From NCBI GenBank assembly GCA_041640635.1, contig JBEPZX010000019.1, forward strand, positions 1 through 24,113: DNA of 24,113 bases. Reading direction: 5' to 3'. The stretch is from Aquificaceae bacterium. Lineage in GTDB: Bacteria > Aquificota > Aquificia > Aquificales > Aquificaceae. Of the stretch, positions 8,790 to 16,569 are shown one piece after another (within the stretch, counting starts at the first letter, position 1; each line of letters starts with the position of its first letter). A model generated the notes under the pieces. That model was not told the DNA's origin. It made no database searches and saw only the letters and a list, made by a program, of their open reading frames with translations. Both the position numbers and the translations under genes were made by a program.

Positions 8790-9310
8790 TACATCTTTGG
8801 TAGACACTCTACCTTTTCTCTAATTATAAATTTTCTAACAGTCTCCACCACATCCGAAGCTTTCTTGAGTCTTTTTAAAGATACTTCATCGTTAGACTCT
8901 ATCTTTACTAACCAAGAGGAGTATGGGGATATTATAACTGTATCTGGCTTTTCTTCTAATGCCTTGTTTATTTCCACAATTTTCCCACCCAAAGGTGAAG
9001 GAAAAGTAGAGACCTTTTTACCAGTTTCTATAACCGCAAGGTTGGAATCAAACTCCACTATAGTGCCCACAGGTTTTATTTTTATGCTGTATATAGGATA
9101 GAGCATGGAAGAGAGAACTTGCATAAATCCTACACTGTAAAGATTTTGCTTTTCCTTTTTCACCCACTGGAACAAAAACCTGTCTTCGTCCACTCTGTAG
9201 AGTCTGTCTGTCTTTATCTTGCACCCTAATACATCTATATCTTCCATCCTTTTAGCCATTGATGCAAAAGGCAGACTTAGCAGTATACTAAAAAACCATC
9301 TTCTTGTCAT
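8789..9310 (-). CDS. GcvH/LbpA-like lipoyl-carrier-fold protein with a possible twin-arginine signal peptide
   Basis: H-protein-like core (YSVG, IETGKKV..FPSPLGGKIVEINKAL...PY.SWLVKI) with a Lys at the lipoylation position. N-terminal TRRWFF, hydrophobic stretch and ASMA. One Cys near each end. ATGA overlap with fdhE. Confidence 0.75.
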   Translation of the reverse strand: MTRRWFFSILLSLPFASMAKRMEDIDVLGCKIKTDRLYRVDEDRFLFQWVKKEKQNLYSVGFMQVLSSMLYPIYSIKIKPVGTIVEFDSNLAVIETGKKVSTFPSPLGGKIVEINKALEEKPDTVIISPYSSWLVKIESNDEVSLKRLKKASDVVETVRKFIIREKVECLPKM

Positions 9311-10068
9311 AAACCAAAGATATTCTTTTCGTATTTCTCATAAAGATGTTCCTTTGCCCACAGGTCCAGAGCTACGGATGCTATGTCTTCCAACAGAGGA
9401 ACCGCCAAACCATCCATTCGCATGTCTACAATCTTTATGTAAGTTCCGCACGATTCACAAGCCTGAAGCTGTATGTAAGGGATCGATTGATCGAAAAAGT
9501 GGTGAATTCTGTCATCATCGTTGTTTCCACACTTTACGCACGTAGTTCTGTTGTAAAGCCATTCGGAGTTGCACACTTGACAAACCAAGAACCTGCCACC
9601 TTGAACCTCTTCCGTATCGGATATGTAAGACACCACAGCTCTAAAGCCACACACCGGGCACTTGCTTTTGTTCCAATCATCTCTATGGTTTATATCTTTT
9701 TCAGCTTTCTTTGAGAGGAAGGGATTCAAAAAGGATATAAAGAAAAACCTCTCTTCGTCCTTTGCCATTTTTTCTTTTAGAAAGTTGTTAATCATTCTTT
9801 GTATATTGGCTGGTGGCTCCTTTAGTAAGCTCTGAGCCACTTCTGAAAGCTTAGCACTGGGGCTATCTACGCAAAGCTCCAGAAGATCATAAAACTTTTT
9901 TATGTTTTCGTGCCAGTTTTCATTCTTGGAACTCACATAAAGTTGTAGCTGGAAACGAAGAATTTCTCTGTAAAACTCAAGGATCTGTTGGCTTTCAGGA
10001 AACTTTTTCAAAAGGAAGGGAACACGCTCTATAGCGTATTCCCTGTTTCTAAGACTAAAAACATTCAT
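9307..10068 (-). CDS. fdhE: Formate dehydrogenase maturation protein FdhE
   Basis: CPVCG, RFLVCQVC.SEW, CVKCG, ACESCGTYIK and EDIASVALD; located directly after the FDH structural genes. Confidence 0.92.
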   Translation of the reverse strand: MNVFSLRNREYAIERVPFLLKKFPESQQILEFYREILRFQLQLYVSSKNENWHENIKKFYDLLELCVDSPSAKLSEVAQSLLKEPPANIQRMINNFLKEKMAKDEERFFFISFLNPFLSKKAEKDINHRDDWNKSKCPVCGFRAVVSYISDTEEVQGGRFLVCQVCNSEWLYNRTTCVKCGNNDDDRIHHFFDQSIPYIQLQACESCGTYIKIVDMRMDGLAVPLLEDIASVALDLWAKEHLYEKYEKNIFGL

Positions 10069-10697
10069 TTGTTAGATATTTCCTTGAACCATCTTGGATG
10101 ATGGGACATAGCCCAAAGCGCGCTTACCTTTCCTGTAATAATTCCCGACAAAGACCCAGGCACACCTATGGTTCCCATGTAGACGTGTATTATAAAACCA
10201 GCACCTACAATTATAAAGGCTATATCATGCAAAAGAATGGAAAGTCTCACCAAAAATATGGGGAACTCTTCGGGAAACCACATGATTATACCCGATATCA
10301 AAAACACCAATCCGCCTATAAAAACCATCCATCCAAAGGTTTTTTGACCTGCGTTGTATTTTCCTGCTTCTGGTAATTTTTCCTCTTCACCTTTTAGGTA
10401 ATATTTGACATTCTTGAGCCACTGCACGTCATCTTTGTCCAACACGAAATCCTTTACCCATTTGAGAAAAGCCAAGAAAGCTGCTACAGTAAAGACTATC
10501 CCCGCCCATTTGTGAAGCCAAGCAGCAAACTCTTTTCCACCTAAAAAGGGAAGCAGCCAGGCAAACTTAGGTGAAAACATACCAAGACCTGACAGAAAGA
10601 GATACACAAAGGGCACAGCCATAAACCAATGGATTAGTCTATCCACCTTTGAAAACCTTTCAACCTGTATTTCTTCCAAGTTTTTTACGTCCTCCAT
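10065..10697 (-). CDS. fdnI: Formate dehydrogenase gamma subunit (cytochrome b556), FdnI/FdoI-type
   Basis: Four TM helices with heme-ligand His residues (RLIHW, WLHKW, LLHD, IIHVY), plus AGKYNAGQK and WAMSHHPRW. Confidence 0.9.
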   Translation of the reverse strand: MEDVKNLEEIQVERFSKVDRLIHWFMAVPFVYLFLSGLGMFSPKFAWLLPFLGGKEFAAWLHKWAGIVFTVAAFLAFLKWVKDFVLDKDDVQWLKNVKYYLKGEEEKLPEAGKYNAGQKTFGWMVFIGGLVFLISGIIMWFPEEFPIFLVRLSILLHDIAFIIVGAGFIIHVYMGTIGVPGSLSGIITGKVSALWAMSHHPRWFKEISNK

Positions 10698-10698
10698 T

Positions 10699-11580
10699 TT
10701 AGCCCTCCTTTTTTTCCTTTTTGCCGACCTTTATAGGTCCAAAAAGAATTAGCTGTAGGAAAGCCCCTAGTAAAGTGCCCCAAAGAACAATACTTCCAAT
10801 TAGCTTTACCGGACCTTTCCAAAGACTTACCAGTGGTGAAATGCTGGCTTCTTTTGGAAAACCATACATTTCTACTTTGTCTCCATGCGGTAAGACGTAT
10901 ATGTAACCAGTTCCACCTACACCTTGGGGATCGTATACTGTAGCATTTTCGAAACCTCTCTTTTTAAGGGACTCAACGATCTTGTTAGCTTTAAATAGCA
11001 TCTCCTCTTTTGTTCCAAAGTGAAGGCAGTTAGTTGGGCATGTTTTTACACAAGCAGGTGACAAGCCAGAAGAAACTCTATCTATGCAGAAGTTACACTT
11101 CCAAGGTTTGTTGTTTGCATCGTATCTTGGAATGTCAAAGGGACAGCCAGAAAGGCAGAACTTACATCCTATGCACTTGGAATGGTCAAAGTCCACAACT
11201 CCGTTTTGATACTGTATTACGGCACCAGGAGAAGGACAAGCCTTTAGGCATCCAGGGTCAGCACAGTGCATGCATTGATGCTTCGTAATAAACCAAGAGA
11301 GCCCCTTTTCTGTTTCTACTTCATTGAACTTCATATACATGAAAATGTTTGGAGACAGATCTGGAGTAGACTGATATCCAACAAACTGTGTAAATATGGG
11401 TCGGTTTAGATCATGCCACTGAGTGCACGCAGCTTCACAAGCCTTGCATCCTATGCAGCTAGATACATCTACAAGTATAGCTAAAGTCTCGCCTTTTTTT
11501 ATATCTTGGGCAGGAAGCTTAGAAGCCGAGACCCTTCTGAGCCCCAACCCTACGGTTCCCTCGCTTGTTACTACGCTCAT
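10699..11580 (-). CDS. fdnH: Formate dehydrogenase beta (iron-sulfur) subunit, FdnH/FdoH-type
   Basis: CIGCKACEAAC, CMHCADPGCLKACP, CIGCKFCLSGCPF, CNFC..R...PACVKTCP and a C-terminal TM anchor. AGGAGG RBS upstream. Confidence 0.92.
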   Translation of the reverse strand: MSVVTSEGTVGLGLRRVSASKLPAQDIKKGETLAILVDVSSCIGCKACEAACTQWHDLNRPIFTQFVGYQSTPDLSPNIFMYMKFNEVETEKGLSWFITKHQCMHCADPGCLKACPSPGAVIQYQNGVVDFDHSKCIGCKFCLSGCPFDIPRYDANNKPWKCNFCIDRVSSGLSPACVKTCPTNCLHFGTKEEMLFKANKIVESLKKRGFENATVYDPQGVGGTGYIYVLPHGDKVEMYGFPKEASISPLVSLWKGPVKLIGSIVLWGTLLGAFLQLILFGPIKVGKKEKKEG

Positions 11581-11593
11581 CTTTCTTACCTCC

Positions 11594-14500
11594 TTACGCT
11601 TTTTCTACCTTACACAGGAATCCCTTAAATTCTGGTGTTTGGGAGTTGGGATCCCACACATAGGGAGTTATGAGATTTGCTATAGCCCCCTTAACTACAC
11701 CTTCGTTTCCCCAGTGAATGGGTATGCCTATGGTGTGCACTGTCTTTCCGTTTATAGCTAAGGGTTTTATTCTCTTTGTTGGTAATACATAAGCTTCTAT
11801 ACTTCCTCTTGGTGTAGATATCTTTACTTTGTCACCTTCTTTAACCTTCAGTTCTTGAGCAAGTTCAGTTGAGATCTCTACAAACATGTGGGGCATGAGA
11901 GCTGATGGTCCGTATATGTGCTTGGTCCAAAAGTGGAAGTGCTCAACTACTCTATAAGTTGTTGCTACGTGAGGAAAATCTTGAGATGTTGCCAGCAAAT
12001 CTAACTCTGACTTGAAAACCTTAACCACTGGGTTTCTACCGTCTCCCTTGGGATGAAGTATGTTTTTCATTGGAGATTCGTATGGTTCGTAATGTTCTGG
12101 GAACGGTCCATCTACGAGCTGAGCTGCAAAAAGCCTACCTCTTCCTTCAGGTAGCATTATAAATGGTCCATAGTCTGGCGTTAGATCTGGCTTTATATCT
12201 GGTACATCGTTTCCAACCCATTTTTGTTCTATATCGTTCCACCATAGAACCTTTCTCTTTGGGTCCCATGGCTTGCCAGAAGGATCCGAGGAAGCTCTAT
12301 TGTATAGTATTCTTCTGTTAGCTGGCCAACTAAAACCGTAGTTATGATACATACCAAGACCTGAAGGATCAGAAGTATCTGTAGACTTTGCTCTGTTTCC
12401 ACTTTGTGGAAATACACCAGAATACAGCCACATTCCGCAAGCTGTAGTTCCATCGTCTTTTAGGACTGCAAAACCTGGAACACGTTCACCTTTCTTGGCT
12501 ACTACATTTCCTTTGTCATCGGTTAGATCCTCTAAAGCGTATCCGTTCATTTCGTGAAGGATTTCTTCCGCAGTTGGATGGTATGGGTTGCGGAAGTTCC
12601 ATGTTAGTTTGAGTATTGGGTCTGGAAATGCACCGCCTTCTTTCTGGTAGAGCTCCCTGAGTTTCATAAAGAAGTTGGCAACTATCCAAAACTCATCTTT
12701 TGCATCTCCGGGCGGATCTAAAGCTTTCCAGTGCCATTTTATAACTCTTCCACTGTTTGTAAAGGATGAATCCTTTTCTGCAAATATAGCTGAAGGCAAC
12801 AGAAGCACTTCTGTGTTTATATTTTTGGGATTGCTCTTCCAGAAACCCGCCATCTCCGTTTCAAAGGTGTCTATAAATACCATCCACTTGAGCTTGCTAA
12901 GTCCATTTATAGCTTTTTGGGCGTTTGCTGTATTGTTTACTATATTGACACCAAAGGACACAAATCCATCAAGCTTACCTCTATACATCCTGTCTACTAT
13001 ATCATCCCAAGATATCAGTTTTTCCATCTTTGGAAGGTAGTGATAAGCAAATTCGTTTTCCTGTGTTGCATGCGGACCAAACCAAGCCTTTAGAAGGCTG
13101 ACATAAAACTTTCCGTAGTTTGACCAGTAGTTCATTGATGTGTCTATAGCTTTTGGAGTGCTTTGTTCTATGTGATCCTTTAAAGTTTGCTGATTGGCTC
13201 TAGGAGGTCTTAAGTAACCTGGCAAGAATCTGCTCTCACATGCCAAGTCTGTAGCTCCTTGAACGTTGGCGTGTCCTCTAAGAGCGTTTACTCCACCACC
13301 TGCTACTCCTATATTTCCAAGTAGTAGCTGAAGTATAGCCATAGAACCTATCAATTGTGTGCCAAAGGAGTGGTGAGTCCACCCTAAAGCGTAAAGGTGT
13401 GTCATAGCTTTGTTTGGTGCTCCCGTCTCCGCTATTATTTTTGCCACTTCCAAAAACTTATCCTTGGGAACACCGGTGATTTTTTCCACAACCTCTGGTG
13501 TGTATCTTTCGTAATGCTTCTTCATAAGTTGGAATACACATCTGGGATCCTCTAAAGTCATGTCCTTTTTCGCCATTCCCTTTTCATCAAGTTCGTAGTT
13601 CCATAAAGATTGGTCATACTTTCTCTTTTCTGGATCGTAACCAGAGAAAAGACCCGTTTCCGGATCAAAGCTGTAAGTGTCCTTTACTATGTATGCCGCG
13701 TTTGTGTAGTGTTTAACATACTCTTCGTTATACTTTTTGTTTTGTATTACGTAGTTTATTAGTCCGCCCATAAAGGCTAAGTCTGAACCTGGTCTTATTT
13801 GCAAGAATATATCCGATACAGCAGCAGTTCTGTTAAACCTGGGATCTACACAGATTATCTTTGCTCCCCTCTTTTCTCTGGCTTTTAGCGCCCATTTGAA
13901 ACCACATGGATGGTTCTCCGCTGGGTTCCCTCCCATTATAAAGACTACGTCTGCATTTGCTATATCGTTCCATCCATTGGTCATTGCACCTCTGCCGTAT
14001 CTTGGGGCCAAACTGGCCACCGTGGGTGCGTGTCATATTCGGGCTTGAGTCTCTCTGAGTATGGTTCCAAGAGCTACACCAACTTTTACAGATAGATACA
14101 CCTCTTCGTTACCAAGAGGGCTTCCAATAAACCATGCAAACCCTTCCGTCCTGTTTACGACGTTTCCTTGTTCGTCTTTTTCTATGAAGGTCTTGTCCCT
14201 TGTATCCTTTACCCATCTTGCGAACTTCTCTATAGCTTCATCCCAACTTATCTCTTTCCAACTATCCGATCCCGCAGGTCTATAGAGGGGTTTTTTCAGC
14301 CTAAGGGGTGAGTTTATAAAGTCTTTTAGCGTAGCGCCTTTTGGACACAGTGTACCTTTGTTTACAGGATCATCAGGATTTCCTTCTACGTGAACTACCG
14401 CAGGTTTTACGTTCATGGAACCATCGGTCTGTGTGTATATGAGACATCCACAAGACACTGAACAGTAAGGGCATATACTTTTTGTAACTTTGGCGTTGGC

Positions 14501-14623
14501 GATCTTCATCTCCCTCACCCTAGCTTGGGCTTGAGAGATATCAAAACCCACGCCACCGATTATAGCTGTCCCTATACTTAACCCAGACAGCTTTAAAAAT
14601 CCCCTTCGTGTAAGCTCCTGCAT
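11594..14623 (-). CDS. fdnG: Selenocysteine-containing formate dehydrogenase alpha subunit (Mo/W-bisPGD), 1009 aa, Sec at UGA 14033-14035
   Basis: ORFs 14033..14623 and 11594..14020 are in frame and join as ETQARI-U-HAPTVASLAPRYGRGAMTN, the FdnG/FdoG active-site motif. Also Tat signal TRRGFLK, CPYCSVSC...LCPKG Fe-S motif, LRGHANVQG, and AGGAGG RBS. Confidence 0.96.
14004..14021 (-). promoter_or_regulatory. Bacterial SECIS element of the FDH alpha subunit
   Basis: The mRNA reads UGA, 11 nt, then GG(U)GGCC-AGUUU-GGCCCC: a stem with a bulged U and a G-containing apical loop, the same geometry as E. coli fdh SECIS elements. Confidence 0.85.
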
Positions 14624-14652
14624 GCCTAAACCTCCTGTTTAGTATGTAAATA

Positions 14653-14680
14653 AATATATCTTTTTAATTAAAAAAGGCAA
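14653..14680 (-). promoter_or_regulatory. Putative sigma70 promoter for the fdh operon
   Basis: Minus strand TTGCCT-16 nt-TATATT upstream of the AGGAGG RBS. The spacer contains the palindrome TTTTTAATTAAAAA (14661-14674). Confidence 0.4.
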
Positions 14681-14788
14681 TTTTTTTTCACAAAAACCAA
14701 AACATTTTATGTAAAATTCAATCATTTTTTATGAATATAAGAATATTTTTATTTGCTTATTCACCTAATTTTTGCTATATTTTTACTT

Positions 14789-15808
14789 ATGCTTGAGCTT
14801 CTTAAGATGGTGAGGTCTTCGGGTTGAGCTGCAAAGATAGGTCCGGGAGACCTTGAAAACTTAATAAGTGGATTAAACTTATACACGGACGATAGAACTA
14901 TCGTAGGAATAGGAGATGACGCTGGAGTCTACCTTTATGATGGACATCTCTATGTTCATACAGTGGATTTTATAACACCAGTTGTAAATGACCCTTACTT
15001 ATGGGGAGCCATATCTGCAGCTAACTCTTTGAGTGACGTTTACGCTATGGGATGTGTACCAATGAATGCGCTTGCGATAGTGGGATTTAGTAGCTGCGAC
15101 TTGGATATTGGGGTGTTGAAAGATGTCCTAAAAGGTTGCATTGATAAGCTGAGAGAAGCTAAAACCGTTCTATTGGGAGGGCATACTGTAGATGATAAAG
15201 AACCTAAATTCGGTCTTGCTGTAACAGGTGTCTGCAATAACGGAAAGTATATACTCCAAAGTGGAGCAAAGGTAGGCGATTTGCTTTATCTAACAAAACC
15301 CATAGGGACTGGTATCTTGATAAAGGCTTTGAAATCCGATTACATACAGCAAAGCGACATACAAGAAGCTATATCTTATATGCTCATGCTAAACGACAAA
15401 GCTGGGAGACTTGCACTAGAGTATGCCAATGCTTGCACAGATGTTACTGGTTTTGGTCTTTTAGGGCACTCTTTTATGATAGCCAGGAAGTCACATGTAA
15501 AGATCGCTATAAACTACAACCAAGTTCCCATATACACTATGGCGATAGATTTTGTAAAAAAGAAGGTTTATCCTAAAGGCGCAGTGGATAACTATAACTT
15601 TGTCAAAGAGTCCATAAGTTCCGAAAGCAACAGCTTAGATTGGTGGAAACTCCTAACACTTGCGGATCCTGTAACGTCAGGTGGATTGCTTATGAGTATT
15701 CCCAGAGAAAAATCAAAAGATTTTGAAGAAAAAGCCAACAGTGAACATCTCAACTTCTGGCGCATTGGTGAAGTCTTAGAAGGTGAAGGTTTAATGATTT
15801 ATGAATGA
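14789..15808 (+). CDS. selD: Selenophosphate synthetase, selenoprotein form (Sec13, UGA 14825-14827), 339 aa
   Basis: In frame upstream of the ORF-track call: [22 protein letters not shown]...GDDAGVY...TVDFITPVV. Further motifs [33 protein letters not shown] and DPVTSGGLL. Confidence 0.96.
14839..14853 (+). promoter_or_regulatory. Putative SECIS element of selD
   Basis: UGA, 11 nt, then the hairpin AGGUC-CGGGA-GACCU with G in the apical loop. Confidence 0.75.
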
Positions 15809-15877
15809 GGTTATGCGAAAATCAGTGTGTCTCAAGTTTTTTTATGGAAAACCTAAGATAAGCAAAGTTCTAAAAAA

Positions 15878-16569
15878 CTATGAAAGATCTAAATCACACG
15901 ATAAAAACTGAATTATATCCGCTACATAATCTTTCAAGTCGTAATATTCTCCCGATGAGTTAAATACCACCTCAGCAGGTGTAGGTCTAACAAGCTAGCA
16001 TCTTGTTCCTTTATTTGTGACACTTTTTAGTGTTTCAATGTTTTTTCTTAACTTAAATTTCTTAATTTCTAACTTAATTTGATTGTTCCTTGAAATATAT
16101 ATTAGATAATTGTTCAATTTTTTATTTTTCCTAAAGTTTTGATCTAATACAGCTCTTTCACTTATCGCAATGATCTATCCTAACCATAGATCATCGTAAA
16201 GCATCTCTTCAAGCAGTTTTTTGAAATACATAATGTCATGCTTATGTTTACCAGCAAATAAACTGTTAATAACTTCATTTCCATACGCAGTGATTATATT
16301 CACGTTAATGCCCTTTTTGGTGTTTTCTCTTCATAAACTTTATGTGGAACGTTCATTTCTCTAAGAGTTTTGACTATATTATCTCTACCTCGTAAGAGTC
16401 CATTGTAAACATATACCCCATTCTTCATCCTTTTGAGTAGTTGCAGATTCTCCCTGGATATCAAACAAAACCCCGCCTACGAGAGAAACATTCTTTACAC
16501 CAGCTTTGTTAATACAATCCTTGATGGATTTATTTGTGATAATCAGTTTGGTAAACTTGTTAGTAAATT
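15878..16569 (-). pseudogene. Degraded protein-coding gene of unknown family (~230 codons, two frameshifts, two in-frame TAG stops, no start)
   Basis: Consecutive protein-like minus-strand segments: FTNKFTKLII...VGGVLFDIQGESATTQKDEEWGIC / YNGLLRGRDNIVKTLREMNVPHKVYEEK / KKGINVNIITAYGNEV...EEMLYDDLWLG*IIAISERAVLD...GTRC*LVRPTP...YVADIIQFLSCDLDLS*. In-frame TAGs at 16175-16177 and 15995-15997; final TAG at 15878-15880. Confidence 0.7.

Noticed and set aside
14033..14035. FDH alpha as a split gene or pseudogene (ORFs 14033..14623 and 11594..14020)
   Set aside because: The TGA sits exactly at the catalytic Sec position, has a SECIS-like hairpin, and tRNA-Sec and selD are adjacent.
8751..14285. 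Numerous short ORFs antisense to or nested within the fdh operon and tRNA (e.g. 8751..9101, 9219..9545, 9346..9714, 11423..11761, 12675..13040)
   Set aside because: They overlap well-supported genes and have no recognisable motifs or initiation signals.
14963..15808. SelD starting at GTG 14963 as in the ORF track
   Set aside because: This would omit the catalytic U-x-x-K motif and GDDAGV, which are encoded in frame from ATG 14789.
16040..16085. Repeated CTTAA(A/T)TT units as a CRISPR or iteron array
   Set aside because: They are short, irregular and lack spacers; they correspond to Lys/Leu/Ile codons of the pseudogene.
15995..16177. In-frame TAGs as pyrrolysine or readthrough recoding
   Set aside because: They co-occur with frameshifts and a missing start, and no pyl genes are present, so decay is the simpler explanation.
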